A stretch of 64,000 bases of DNA from Gammaproteobacteria bacterium (lineage in GTDB: Bacteria; Pseudomonadota; Gammaproteobacteria; UBA4575). The position numbers and the translations under genes were made by a program. Location: NCBI GenBank assembly GCA_965243395.1, contig CBDEUS010000001.1, positions 448,001 through 512,000 on the forward strand. The letters are read 5' to 3'. The notes under the pieces were generated by a model, which did not search any database, was not told where the DNA came from, and saw only the letters and a program-made list of their open reading frames with translations. Of the stretch, positions 42,445-53,103 are shown piece by piece; position 1 is the stretch's first letter; every line of letters begins with the position of its first letter.

Positions 42445-43290
42445 ATGAATTTCAGAATCATTTTATTTTCTGTTTTTGTTATGTTTGTGTCGACTTCTTG
42501 TAGTCCTACGGCAATCGTCAATTTTATTAGCCCCGATGAACATTACGAAAAAATCGAAGATCTATCTTATGGTAAATTGAATAGACATAAATTAGATATT
42601 TATGTACCAAATACTGAACAAAAAAATATTCTAATAATATTTTTCTATGGTGGGTCTTGGGATTCCGGAAATAAAGAAAAATATAAGTTTATAGCTTCAT
42701 CACTTACCAAATATGGTTATACAGTGGCTATTCCTGATTATCGACTGTATCCGGAAATCATGTTTCCATTATTCATGGAGGATGCTGCAAAAGCAGTTGC
42801 ATGGCTTCAAAATGATAGTGAGCATATAGAAAACATAGAGCATGTTTTTTTAATGGGCCACTCTGCAGGCGCACAAATTGCGAATTTATTAGTTTCAGAT
42901 GAAAAATATCTAACAAATGAAAATGTAAAGGTTGCAAGTTTGACTGGATCTATAGGAATAGCAGGACCTTATAATTTTTTACCACTAAAATCTGATCGAT
43001 TGAAAAGTATATTTCCAGAAGACATCCGTGAAAACAGTCAACCGATTAATTTTATCAATGGTGATGAAGTGCCATTTTTACTGCTTCATGGGCTATCTGA
43101 TAAAACTGTGTTGCCAAAAAATAGTGAGTCTTTTGCAGAAAAAATAAAGTCCGTAAATGGTGAAGTGGTTGTAAAGTTTTATGAAGATGTGGGACATATA
43201 GGGATTATCAAGCCATTTATTAATGGCTTTGATGGTTCAGTTCCAACTATTCAGGACATTAATGTATTTATTGGCGATACTGCTAAATGA
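42445..43290 (+). CDS. lipoprotein esterase/lipase (alpha/beta hydrolase)
   Basis: Lipobox-like STSC, FYGGSW, DYRL, GHSAG, HG..D..V, GH. Confidence 0.88.
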   Translation: MNFRIILFSVFVMFVSTSCSPTAIVNFISPDEHYEKIEDLSYGKLNRHKLDIYVPNTEQKNILIIFFYGGSWDSGNKEKYKFIASSLTKYGYTVAIPDYRLYPEIMFPLFMEDAAKAVAWLQNDSEHIENIEHVFLMGHSAGAQIANLLVSDEKYLTNENVKVASLTGSIGIAGPYNFLPLKSDRLKSIFPEDIRENSQPINFINGDEVPFLLLHGLSDKTVLPKNSESFAEKIKSVNGEVVVKFYEDVGHIGIIKPFINGFDGSVPTIQDINVFIGDTAK

Positions 43291-43298
43291 TTATTCGT

Positions 43299-43733
43299 TT
43301 AAGTGAGAATATTTCGTGCTCTCATTTTTTTAGCATATAAATATAAAAATATCGCAATGAGTATTATTGCTGCACTGAACGCTAACGATAGTGGATCACC
43401 CATAAATTCCATTCCGTTCATAAATCCATAAATGTAAATCGTGTTTATAAACACGCACACAAGAGAGATTAAGAAGACCTGAACGGCTAGATGTTTGCGT
43501 AACAATAATAGCAAGCATCCCAATAAACCTCCCCAAACAGCAATGGCCCATAGTGCGACAGACCAGGATGGGAAGCTATAAAAAAAATCGAGCTGTTCGG
43601 GGGTGAACATGCTCATATAGGCTTCATTTTTAGTTTGAGACATATAATAGTCAAGCGCACCCATGGCGTTCCATAGAAGTGCAATAGTACCGACGAGCCA
43701 AAGGTGCCATGGTGTTTGATTTGATTCAGACAT
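43299..43733 (-). CDS. hypothetical 4-TM membrane protein
   Basis: PWHLWLVG..ALLWNAMG; four hydrophobic segments; AAGGAG SD. Confidence 0.75.
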   Translation of the reverse strand: MSESNQTPWHLWLVGTIALLWNAMGALDYYMSQTKNEAYMSMFTPEQLDFFYSFPSWSVALWAIAVWGGLLGCLLLLLRKHLAVQVFLISLVCVFINTIYIYGFMNGMEFMGDPLSLAFSAAIILIAIFLYLYAKKMRARNILT

Positions 43734-43830
43734 GTGACATCTCCTTAAAGTAGGATTACAGTATTGTACTCCTTACAAAATGCTGAAATAACAACAAAGC
43801 AGTAATAAATTTTTAAAAAAGGCTAAGACA

Positions 43831-44178
43831 ATGAATAATAAAGTCGAATTTTTGAAATCCAACACATCAACGAATGACTATGAGCCTTTTATGGTGGGCG
43901 ATAAGCAGGCTGGAGAAGTGCATTGGTTAGGGCAAGTTAATTCAAGTGGTGCACCTACTTACTCAGGTTTATGGAAATGTGAACCATTAACGTTTGATTA
44001 TGAATTTCCGGGTGATGAATTTATTCATGTTTTGGAAGGCAAGTTATTAATTGAGTTTGCGGATGGTGGTGAAGTTACTTTACAAGTAGGTGATATTGCT
44101 TCATTTGACAAAGGCATTAAAACTACATGGACCATTCAAGAAAGTTTTAAAAAAGCCTTTGTGATTTCTAATTGTTAG
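43831..44178 (+). CDS. cupin-domain protein (DUF861/EutQ-like)
   Basis: [25 protein letters not shown]. Confidence 0.85.
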   Translation: MNNKVEFLKSNTSTNDYEPFMVGDKQAGEVHWLGQVNSSGAPTYSGLWKCEPLTFDYEFPGDEFIHVLEGKLLIEFADGGEVTLQVGDIASFDKGIKTTWTIQESFKKAFVISNC

Positions 44179-44960
44179 TTATACCCGCTCATTCCAATAA
44201 TATTGAATCCGGCATCTACGTACGTAATTTCGCCAGTAATTCCACTGGCTAAATCACTGCATAGAAAAGCAGCGGTGTTGCCTACTTCTTCAATGGTGAC
44301 GTTTTTACGTAATGGGGCATTCTCCTCAACATGGTCTAGCATTTTTCTAAAGTCACCAATTCCTGCGGCTGCAAGTGTGCGTATTGGGCCCGCTGAGATG
44401 CCATTTACACGAATGCCGTCTGGACCGAGGGCATAGGCCATGTAACGTATATTGGCTTCTAAACTGGCTTTAGCCAACCCCATGACGTTGTAGTTTGGCA
44501 TGGCGCGTACAGAGCCCATATAAGTGAGCGAGACGATGGCACCATTAGTCCCTTTCATCATGGGTCTTGCTGCTTTAGCAAGCGCGGTGAGGCTGTAACT
44601 ACTGATGTCATGTGCAATTTTTGAGCCTTCGCGTGTGGTGAGCTCAACAAAATCACCGGTTAATTCTTCTTTCGGGGCAAATGCCGCAGAGTGAACCAGT
44701 ATATCGAGTGTGTCCCAGGACTTTCCTAATTCTTCAAATAATTGGGTGATTTCGCTATCCACTCCCAAGTCACAAGGCAGAATGATTTCTGCTCCACATT
44801 CAGCAGCGAACTTCTCAACCCTTGGTTTGAGTTTTTCATTTTGATAGGTAAAAGCTAATTCTGCGCCTTCGCGCTTCATAGCTTCTGCAATGCCCCAGGC
44901 GATAGAGCGATTACTTGCAATGCCTACAATTAAGGCACGTTTTCCTGCTAAAAATCCCAT
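44175..44960 (-). CDS. fabI: enoyl-ACP reductase
   Basis: [22 protein letters not shown] and [10 protein letters not shown] motifs. Confidence 0.97.
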   Translation of the reverse strand: MGFLAGKRALIVGIASNRSIAWGIAEAMKREGAELAFTYQNEKLKPRVEKFAAECGAEIILPCDLGVDSEITQLFEELGKSWDTLDILVHSAAFAPKEELTGDFVELTTREGSKIAHDISSYSLTALAKAARPMMKGTNGAIVSLTYMGSVRAMPNYNVMGLAKASLEANIRYMAYALGPDGIRVNGISAGPIRTLAAAGIGDFRKMLDHVEENAPLRKNVTIEEVGNTAAFLCSDLASGITGEITYVDAGFNIIGMSGYN

Positions 44961-45121
44961 GCGATTTTCCGTAAATTATTAGTATTAAAGTTAAACTATA
45001 TTAGTAGATAAGCCTAGATTGAACTACTTTTTTTATTAAACAGTCTATAATAGTGTTGCTTATGAATTATATTTCAGGGAAGAATAATCTTTCTCGGCTA
45101 GATTATACATTAAACCATCCT

Positions 45122-47281
45122 GTGAACAGTCGTTCGATAATATTCATTTTTATTTTAGTAATTTTTATGCTTCATGCATGCAGTGACAGTGCATGGAATA
45201 ATCCTTATCCAAATAATAATGCAGATGATGGTGCTGAAGTAATTTATTCCTCTTTCAAAGAGCGACCTAAGCGATTGGATCCAGTGAGCTCATACAGCGC
45301 AAACGAATATCAATTTATTGCACAGATTTATGAACCGCCTTTACAGTATCATTATCTCTTACGCCCTTACACATTAATTCCTCTAACTACAAGTCGTTTG
45401 CCTGAGGTGCGTTATTTTGCAGAAAACGGTGTTCTTGTAGATGAAGATGCAGTGGACAGTATTCTCTATTCTGAATACACCATCGAAATTAATAAAGGCA
45501 TTATGTTTCAACCGCATCCGGCATTTGCAAAAAATGATCAGGGTGAATCAATCTATTTAAATCTGACTGAAAACGATTTAGATAATATTAATATTTTAAG
45601 CGATTTCGAGAAAACCGACACACGTGAACTTACCGCAGAAGATTATGTTTACCAAATAAAAAGAATAGCTAATCCTTATCTTCATTCGCCAATTGCTGGA
45701 GTAATGCGTAAATATATTTTAGGTTTTGATGAGTTTCGTAAAAATGTTTCGGAGACTTATCCAAACTCAAATGAAGGTTGGCATGACTTGAGAGAAGTTA
45801 AGCTTGAGGGTGTGAATGTAATCGACCGATACACGTACCGGATTAGAATAAAAGGGAAGTATCCGCAGCTTGTTTATTGGATGGCTATGCCATTTTTTTC
45901 ACCCATGCCTTGGGAGGCTGAAAAGTTTTATTCCCAAAAAGGTATGGATGAACGAAATATTTCGTTGAACTGGTATCCGGTGGGTACAGGTCCTTATATG
46001 TTGACAGAAAATAATCCTAATCTGCGAATGGTGATGGAAAAGAATCCAAATTTTCATGGTGAGCGTTATCCATCAGAAGGAGAACAAGAGGATAAAGATA
46101 AAGGATTGCTAGATGATGCTGGAAAAGTATTACCTTTAGTTGATAAAGCGGTTTACAGTTTGGAAAAAGAAACTATTCCATATTGGAATAAGTTTTTGCA
46201 AGGTTATTATGATGCATCAAGTATTAGTTCCGATAGCTTTGATCAAGCCATTCAATTTGGATCAGGGGGCGAAGTATTACTTACCGATTTGATGATAGAC
46301 AAAGGAATAAAGTTAGAGACCGCGGTAAGTACTTCTATTTTCTATATGGGTTTCAATATGTTAGACCCTGTTGTAGGAGGAACAAGTGAATCCGCGCGTT
46401 TGTTGCGTCGAGCCATTTCTATTGCGGTTGATTATGAAGAATACATTTCCATCTTTGCTAATGGACGCGGGATTGCTGCACAAGATCCAATTCCTCCGGG
46501 AATTTTTGGAAATATCGAAGGCGAAGAGGGCGTTAATCCGTTTGTGTATGACTGGATTTCAGAAAAGCCTAAAAGAAAAAGTATTGAAGTAGCCAAACAA
46601 CTTATGGAGCAAGCAGGTTATGCGAATGGCATTGATCCTAAAAAAGGAAAACCTCTGATCCTGTATTTTGATACTCCCGCAGCTGGGCCCGATGCAAAAG
46701 CGCAACTAAATTGGATGCGTAAACAGTATCAAAAACTCGGTATCGAACTTGTTATACGCGCGACAGACTACAATCGCTTCCAGGAAAAAATGCGCAATGG
46801 AGCCAGTCAAATTTTCCAATGGGGTTGGAATGCAGACTATCCTGATCCTGAGAATTTCTTTTTTCTTTTGTATGGTCCTAATTCAAAAGTGAATCATCAT
46901 GGAGAAAATGCTGCAAACTATTCAAATCCAGAGTTTGATCGCCTATTTGAAAAGATGAAGAACATTAATAATAGTCCCGAGCGATTAGTAATTATCAAAG
47001 AAATGATAAAAATATTACAAGAAGACGCCCCATGGCTTTGGGGATTTCATCCTAAAGGGTTTTCGCTTTTCCATGACTGGTACGAAAATGTTAAGCCGAA
47101 TTTAATGGCAAATAATCTTTTGAAATATAAACGAATTGATAGTGACAAAAGAAAAATCATGCGTGAGGAATGGAATAAACCAAACTACATGCCTTTAGTG
47201 ATCCTGCTAGTATTGATTGTTGTGTCCTTCATTCCGGCAATCATCGCATTCAGGAAACGAGAACGGAGCGCATACAAATGA
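45122..47281 (+). CDS. peptide/nickel-type ABC transporter substrate-binding protein (family 5) with C-terminal TM helix
   Basis: LDP..SY, IYEP, PVGTGPY, WNADYPDPENF; lipobox-like LHAC; in-frame GTG 45122 preferred over 45053. Confidence 0.9.
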   Translation: MNSRSIIFIFILVIFMLHACSDSAWNNPYPNNNADDGAEVIYSSFKERPKRLDPVSSYSANEYQFIAQIYEPPLQYHYLLRPYTLIPLTTSRLPEVRYFAENGVLVDEDAVDSILYSEYTIEINKGIMFQPHPAFAKNDQGESIYLNLTENDLDNINILSDFEKTDTRELTAEDYVYQIKRIANPYLHSPIAGVMRKYILGFDEFRKNVSETYPNSNEGWHDLREVKLEGVNVIDRYTYRIRIKGKYPQLVYWMAMPFFSPMPWEAEKFYSQKGMDERNISLNWYPVGTGPYMLTENNPNLRMVMEKNPNFHGERYPSEGEQEDKDKGLLDDAGKVLPLVDKAVYSLEKETIPYWNKFLQGYYDASSISSDSFDQAIQFGSGGEVLLTDLMIDKGIKLETAVSTSIFYMGFNMLDPVVGGTSESARLLRRAISIAVDYEEYISIFANGRGIAAQDPIPPGIFGNIEGEEGVNPFVYDWISEKPKRKSIEVAKQLMEQAGYANGIDPKKGKPLILYFDTPAAGPDAKAQLNWMRKQYQKLGIELVIRATDYNRFQEKMRNGASQIFQWGWNADYPDPENFFFLLYGPNSKVNHHGENAANYSNPEFDRLFEKMKNINNSPERLVIIKEMIKILQEDAPWLWGFHPKGFSLFHDWYENVKPNLMANNLLKYKRIDSDKRKIMREEWNKPNYMPLVILLVLIVVSFIPAIIAFRKRERSAYK

Positions 47282-48255
47282 TTGCTTATATTATTCGTCG
47301 TATTTTATATGCAATTCCTATTTTAATCGGCGTAAATATTCTTACTTTTCTATTGTTTTTCGTCGTGAATTCACCTGACGAAATGGCGTATATGTTTTTA
47401 GGGGATAAGAACATAAAACCGGAACAGGTTCAGGAGTGGAAAGAAGAAAGAGGCTATCACTTGCCATTGTTTTATAACGAACAAGAAGATGGAATAAAAA
47501 CAGTTACAAAAACAATTTTTTATACGAAATCAATTCGTTTATTTGTGTTTGATTTTGGGCGCTCGGATAGTGGTCGTGATATTGGCTATGACATCAGCCA
47601 AAGAATGTGGCCAAGTTTAGCAATTGCAATACCCGATTTAATTATTGGTTTGCTGATAACGATAACTTTCGCACTATTGATTGCATTTTTCCGTGCTACT
47701 TATATTGACTACTGGGCAGTAGTATTTTGTGTAGCATTAATGTCGATATCGAGCCTTTTTTATATTATCGGCGGGCAGTTTATTATGGGCAAGATTCTGA
47801 AAGTTGTGCCAATTTCTGGATTTGAAGAAGGCGTTTTTGGAATCAAGTTTTTAATACTTCCGGTTGTGATTGGAGTTATTGGCGGTATTGGCGCAAGGAC
47901 AAGATGGTATCGCACAATATTTTTAGAAGAAATTAATAAAGATTATGTTCGTACAGCGCGTGCAAAAGGAATATCTGAACAATTAGTATTGTTTAGACAT
48001 GTTCTACGTAATGCATTAATACCAATATTGACTGGTATTGTGGTCATACTTCCATTGCTATTTATGGGAAGCTTAATTACCGAGTCTTTCTTTGGTATAC
48101 CTGGTTTAGGTAGTTATACCATTGATGCAATTCAAAGACAGGATTTTGCCATAGTGCGTTCTATGGTATTTCTTGGTGCTGTTTTATATATCGTCGGTTT
48201 ATTACTCACGGATATTTCATACACCATAGTCGACCCAAGAGTGAGGCTAAACTAA
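47278..48255 (+). CDS. ABC transporter permease (DppB/OppB-like)
   Basis: DYVRTARAKG...HVLRNALIP EAA loop. Confidence 0.93.
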   Translation: MIAYIIRRILYAIPILIGVNILTFLLFFVVNSPDEMAYMFLGDKNIKPEQVQEWKEERGYHLPLFYNEQEDGIKTVTKTIFYTKSIRLFVFDFGRSDSGRDIGYDISQRMWPSLAIAIPDLIIGLLITITFALLIAFFRATYIDYWAVVFCVALMSISSLFYIIGGQFIMGKILKVVPISGFEEGVFGIKFLILPVVIGVIGGIGARTRWYRTIFLEEINKDYVRTARAKGISEQLVLFRHVLRNALIPILTGIVVILPLLFMGSLITESFFGIPGLGSYTIDAIQRQDFAIVRSMVFLGAVLYIVGLLLTDISYTIVDPRVRLN

Positions 48256-49671
48256 ATGTTTGGTAAGCCGGTTTTCTTACTTACTGATATTCTTATATTT
48301 TTTGTTACGTTTTGTACGGTGGCGTTTTTTCTTTATGCGCGCACTAAACCTCATATCATCAAACCATGGAAACAAGTCATAAGGAGTAAAGTTGGTGTAA
48401 TTTCTATCATGGTTCTATCGCTTTACGTGGTTGTAGCGTTGCTTGATTCAATGCATTTTCATCCGAAATTGTCTCAAGAAAATCAAACAGATAATTCTGC
48501 TAAATATAGTGGTGAAGTAGTTAGTTTATTCGATCAACTCGTTGTCAATTTACGAGATAGTTCAGAGAAGACGTATTCGGCGCCATTTGCTGCTTATTTG
48601 TATGCAAAAGAAACTGTGAATAACCCTGATGGTACCCAACAGCGGATTTATCCTAGGTTAACTTGGGGTGGATCACATTTGGAGAATCCAGAAACTGAAA
48701 AAAGTGCAGATATATTCAAGTTAGCAGTTTATGGAGCAGTAGAGGCATTAGTTTTTTGGTTGGTGATTATGGCACTTATTTGCTTTGTTATTTCTTTGCG
48801 GGCAAAAACTTCATTTTCAAACGCTATAAAAATGATTACTCAAGCCAAAACAGATATTCCATGGCGAACATTTGCAGTTACGTTAGCTGTTATTTTGTTG
48901 GTTTTATTTATCGGTGGGGAATGGTCAACTAAGTATCACGTTTTAGGCACGGATAAGGTGGGAGAGGACGTTTTATATCAAGCGTTAAAGAGTATTCGCA
49001 CAGGTGTATTAATTGGAACACTTACCACAATACTCGTTCTTCCGCTTGCAATCGTGCTTGGAATTATGGCGGGATTTTTTAAAGGTTGGGTGGATGACAT
49101 TATTCAATATATATATACAACCTTAAATTCAATCCCGGGAATTTTATTGATTGCAGCCGCTGTTTTAATGCTGCAGGTTCATATGAATAATAATGCAGAT
49201 CAATTTTCTAGTTTAACAATACGATCTGATTATCGATTACTTTTTTTATGTTTGATTATGGGTTTGACAAGCTGGACAGGGCTATGTCGGTTATTGCGTG
49301 CTGAAACTTTAAAATTACGCGAAGTTGAGTACGTGCAAGCAGCCTCAGCATTTGGTGTAGGATCAATGCAGACAATCTTTAAGCATATCCTTCCGAATGT
49401 AATGCATATTGTTCTCATTACGGTCGTAATAGATTTTAGTGGATTGGTCATGGCAGAAGCAGTCTTGGCGTATGTAAATATTGGTGTCGATCCGACGATG
49501 AATAGTTGGGGGAATATGATCAATAGCGCTCGGCTTCAACTGGCACGTGAACCAATTGTGTGGTGGTCACTAGCCGCTTCATTATTTTTTATGTTTACTT
49601 TAGTTTTATTTGCAAATTTATTTGCTGATGTTGTGCGTGATGCATTAGATCCAAGAATTGCTAAAAAATAA
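48256..49671 (+). CDS. ABC transporter permease (DppC/OppC-like) with large insertion
   Basis: HVLGTDKVGEDV, EYVQAASAFG...HILPN, RDALDPR. Confidence 0.93.
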   Translation: MFGKPVFLLTDILIFFVTFCTVAFFLYARTKPHIIKPWKQVIRSKVGVISIMVLSLYVVVALLDSMHFHPKLSQENQTDNSAKYSGEVVSLFDQLVVNLRDSSEKTYSAPFAAYLYAKETVNNPDGTQQRIYPRLTWGGSHLENPETEKSADIFKLAVYGAVEALVFWLVIMALICFVISLRAKTSFSNAIKMITQAKTDIPWRTFAVTLAVILLVLFIGGEWSTKYHVLGTDKVGEDVLYQALKSIRTGVLIGTLTTILVLPLAIVLGIMAGFFKGWVDDIIQYIYTTLNSIPGILLIAAAVLMLQVHMNNNADQFSSLTIRSDYRLLFLCLIMGLTSWTGLCRLLRAETLKLREVEYVQAASAFGVGSMQTIFKHILPNVMHIVLITVVIDFSGLVMAEAVLAYVNIGVDPTMNSWGNMINSARLQLAREPIVWWSLAASLFFMFTLVLFANLFADVVRDALDPRIAKK

Positions 49672-49693
49672 ATTGTATTGATATTTTACAAAG

Positions 49694-51382
49694 ATGAGTG
49701 AAGAAAATAGTAAAGGATTAAACCAGCCGTTATTGCGGGTCGAGGGCTTGTCTACCGTCTTTGAAACAGGGCAGCGAAAGGTTGTCGCTGTCGATGATAT
49801 CAGTTTTGAAATACAAGAAGGTGAAACATTTGCTTTGGTGGGTGAGTCAGGAAGCGGTAAATCGATTTCTGCTTTGTCGGTAATACGTTTATTACCAGAT
49901 GCTGCGCGTGTTACATCAGGTTCAATACATTTTGGTAATCAAGATTTGCTGGCCTTGTCAGAACGCGATATGCGAAATATCCGCGGTAGTGGTATTTCAA
50001 TGATTTTTCAAGAACCGATGACATCTTTAAACCCGGTTGTAAAAGTCGGCAAACAAATTTCTGAGGTGCTTATTCGTCACAAGAATATGAGTAAGAACGA
50101 GGCACGACAGCGTGCTTTAGATTTACTCGATGCCGTAAATATTAAAAATCCTTCACACACAATCGATACTTTTGCACATGAGTTGTCAGGTGGTATGAAA
50201 CAACGTGTGATGATTGCAATAGCGTTAGCATGCGAGCCGAAACTTTTAATCGCAGATGAGCCAACGACTGCGTTAGACGTCACTATTCAGGCACGAGTAC
50301 TGGATTTGATTAATGAATTACAAGAAAAATTTAAAATGGCTATTCTGTTCATTACGCATGATTTAGCGGTAGTAAAACAAGTAGCAGATCATGTGGCAGT
50401 AATGAAACAAGGAAAAATTGTGGAGCAATCGAGTAATGAAATCTTCTTCTCGTCTCCGCAGCATGAATATAGTTGGGATCTATTTGCGGCATTGCCAGCA
50501 ATGGAAAAACGCGGCCAACCATTACTAGCAAGGAATGGAAATGCGATATCTCAAAATTCCATCACCCATGATCAGCAGGATTCTTTGAAGGTAGATGATC
50601 TAAAAGTTCATTTCCCGATTAAGAAAGGCATATTTAAACGCACTGTGGGTCATGTTAAAGCCGTTGATGGTGTTTCTTTAGAAATACCTCCTGGTAAGAC
50701 GGTGGCATTAGTGGGTGAATCGGGAAGCGGTAAAACTACCGTTGGTAAAGGTATTTTACGACTGGTTCAGCCCACCTCAGGTGAAGTGCATTATCTAGGT
50801 TTGCCTATTCATCAAATTGATAAACAGCAGTTATTGGAGCAAAGAACAAATTTACAAATTGTTTTTCAAGACCCTTATTCTTCAATGAATCCTCGGATGT
50901 TGGTCGGCGATATTATAGAAGAAGGCATGAAGGCACTGAATGTTAATCCGGATACAAACCAGCGAAAAGAAAAAGTTCTAGAGCTTTTAGAGCAGGTGGG
51001 TCTTTCTAGAGATGCACACTTAAGATATCCGCATGAGTTTTCAGGTGGGCAACGGCAGCGTATCTGTATAGCCAGAGCTTTAGCGGTAAACCCAAAAATT
51101 ATAATTTGTGATGAACCAACGAGTGCACTGGATGTGTCAGTACAGGCGCAAATTTTAGACTTATTAAATGATTTGCAAGCACGTTTTGGAATAAGCTATT
51201 TGTTTATTACTCATAATATGTCTGTAGTCGCATATTTTGCAGACCGCGTGGCAGTGATGTATCAGGGTAAAATTGTAGAACAGGGTGAGGTCGAGCAAGT
51301 ATTGAAAGATCCTCAACACGAATATACAAAAAAGTTGTTAGCTGCAGTGCCCAAGTTGGTGCCGCCAGTGAAAGCAGCATGA
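49694..51382 (+). CDS. fused dual-NBD ABC ATPase (DppD/F, YejF-like)
   Basis: Two GESGSGK Walker A motifs; LSGGMKQR and FSGGQRQR; two DEPT motifs. Confidence 0.94.
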   Translation: MSEENSKGLNQPLLRVEGLSTVFETGQRKVVAVDDISFEIQEGETFALVGESGSGKSISALSVIRLLPDAARVTSGSIHFGNQDLLALSERDMRNIRGSGISMIFQEPMTSLNPVVKVGKQISEVLIRHKNMSKNEARQRALDLLDAVNIKNPSHTIDTFAHELSGGMKQRVMIAIALACEPKLLIADEPTTALDVTIQARVLDLINELQEKFKMAILFITHDLAVVKQVADHVAVMKQGKIVEQSSNEIFFSSPQHEYSWDLFAALPAMEKRGQPLLARNGNAISQNSITHDQQDSLKVDDLKVHFPIKKGIFKRTVGHVKAVDGVSLEIPPGKTVALVGESGSGKTTVGKGILRLVQPTSGEVHYLGLPIHQIDKQQLLEQRTNLQIVFQDPYSSMNPRMLVGDIIEEGMKALNVNPDTNQRKEKVLELLEQVGLSRDAHLRYPHEFSGGQRQRICIARALAVNPKIIICDEPTSALDVSVQAQILDLLNDLQARFGISYLFITHNMSVVAYFADRVAVMYQGKIVEQGEVEQVLKDPQHEYTKKLLAAVPKLVPPVKAA

Positions 51383-51401
51383 GATCCAGTTATGGTGAAG
51401 C

Positions 51402-52271
51402 TTATTCGACGAAAAATTCTAACTTGATTCCAGCAACATCAATGATGTCGTGATCTTCAATAGGCTGCGCCTTACCTACTATTTTTTCGCCGTTAAGTTT
51501 TGATGGTGTGTCAGGATTACCGTCTATATGAATAATGAAATAACCTTCATTACGTTTTGTAATGCCTACTACTGCAACGTCTGGTTTTCCAACAGTGGTG
51601 AGGGATTTATCTAATGTGATTTCTTTGCCGCTATTTTTTCCATTTAAAATTTGAATACGGCCAATACTTGTTGAAGGTGATTGAGTGTTAATTTCAATAT
51701 CATCAGCAAGATCGTCTTTATTTTGATCATCACTCTTAGCTTTCATATATGAAGTAGTATCTATTGGATCAGAATTTACTTCTTCTGCTTTTTCTTTTGC
51801 TAAATCTGGAAGTTCTGTTTGTTCAGTATCATTTGTTGCGTCGACTATATCATCTTCTAGCGAGTTAATTTCTTTTTCTAAACTACTTATGTCTTCTTCT
51901 TCAGTGAGATTATTTTTTTCTGAATTAGCAGTCATAATTAATGTTTTTTCAAATTCACTGTTTGCAGAACTTGTTGCAAGATGGTTTACATATTTAATTC
52001 TATGATTGCCAATGTCGATGACATCACCATCTCTGAGTGCGTGTTTTTTGACAATTTTAGAATTAACAAATGTGCCGTTAGTACTGTTTAAATCTTCCAA
52101 AAAACAGTCATCTAGCACTGTGCTGATTTGAGAGTGGTATCCGCTGATCGCAAGATTATCTAGACAGATATCGTTATCTGTGCGTCTTCCAATAGTGATG
52201 ACTTCCTTTTCAATAGGAATTTCATCAACAATTTTTTCTTCGATACTAACAATTAATTTGGGCGCGCTCAT
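51402..52271 (-). CDS. FHA-domain protein with a second degenerate FHA-like C-terminal domain
   Basis: IGRR.DNDI, ISG.H, DLNSTNGTFVN; acidic linker with EKT; C-terminal TTVGKP...LNG...DHDII. Confidence 0.9.
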   Translation of the reverse strand: MSAPKLIVSIEEKIVDEIPIEKEVITIGRRTDNDICLDNLAISGYHSQISTVLDDCFLEDLNSTNGTFVNSKIVKKHALRDGDVIDIGNHRIKYVNHLATSSANSEFEKTLIMTANSEKNNLTEEEDISSLEKEINSLEDDIVDATNDTEQTELPDLAKEKAEEVNSDPIDTTSYMKAKSDDQNKDDLADDIEINTQSPSTSIGRIQILNGKNSGKEITLDKSLTTVGKPDVAVVGITKRNEGYFIIHIDGNPDTPSKLNGEKIVGKAQPIEDHDIIDVAGIKLEFFVE

Positions 52272-52274
52272 AAT

Positions 52275-53102
52275 TTATTTAGCCAACAACTTTCCAAATT
52301 TTGATTTCCAATTTTTTTTAGCAGGAAACTCTTTATTTGGTTGTGCTAACAAAACCGAAACGTTGTCTCGGCCTCCATTATCGTTGGCTTGTGCAATGAG
52401 CTTGTCAGCCAACTGGTCGAGATTATCTCTAAATGCGGTAACAGTCGCATGAATTTCCTGATCATCGACCATATCTGTCAGACCATCGGAACATAAAAGA
52501 TAGATGTCTCCAGGCATCGCTAAATCTTCTTTAATATCTACGGCAATACTGCCTTCTATGCCCAAAGCTCGTGTGACTAAGTTTTTATTTAGCGAAGAAT
52601 TCGCTTCTTCTTGTGTATAAAATCCACGATCTACAAGTTCTTGTAACAGAGTATGATCAACAGTGATTTGTTGTAGTGTACTGTCTCGAAACCGATACAT
52701 TCTTGAATCGCCAACATGTGCAATGGTGATCTGATTATCATAAAAAATGCCCATTACCAGAGTAGTACCCATACCGCGATATTGAGCTTCGCTACTACTC
52801 ATAGAAAAAATTGCTTCATTCGCTTTTACAATAGAATTTCTTGCGGCTAAGCTTTCTCTGGTATAACCCGTTTGTTCATCTATTTCGCCAGGGACTAAAT
52901 CAGGTATATCTTTACGTAACTCTTCAAGGATGGTGTTGACAGCTATTTCACTTGCAACCTCACCGCTTTTATAACCCCCCATGCCATCTGCAAGAACGAC
53001 TAATCCGATTTCTTGGTCTTCGCCAATTTTGTCTTCATTGTTAGTGCGTACCAATCCAGTATTGGAACGACCTGCAATATCTAGAATGCCTTTTAGATCC
53101 AT
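52275..53102 (-). CDS. PP2C/Stp1-family Ser/Thr phosphatase
   Basis: R..NED, ADGMGG, HVGDSR, LCSDGL and GGRDN motifs. Confidence 0.95.
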   Translation of the reverse strand: MDLKGILDIAGRSNTGLVRTNNEDKIGEDQEIGLVVLADGMGGYKSGEVASEIAVNTILEELRKDIPDLVPGEIDEQTGYTRESLAARNSIVKANEAIFSMSSSEAQYRGMGTTLVMGIFYDNQITIAHVGDSRMYRFRDSTLQQITVDHTLLQELVDRGFYTQEEANSSLNKNLVTRALGIEGSIAVDIKEDLAMPGDIYLLCSDGLTDMVDDQEIHATVTAFRDNLDQLADKLIAQANDNGGRDNVSVLLAQPNKEFPAKKNWKSKFGKLLAK

Positions 53103-53103
53103 A

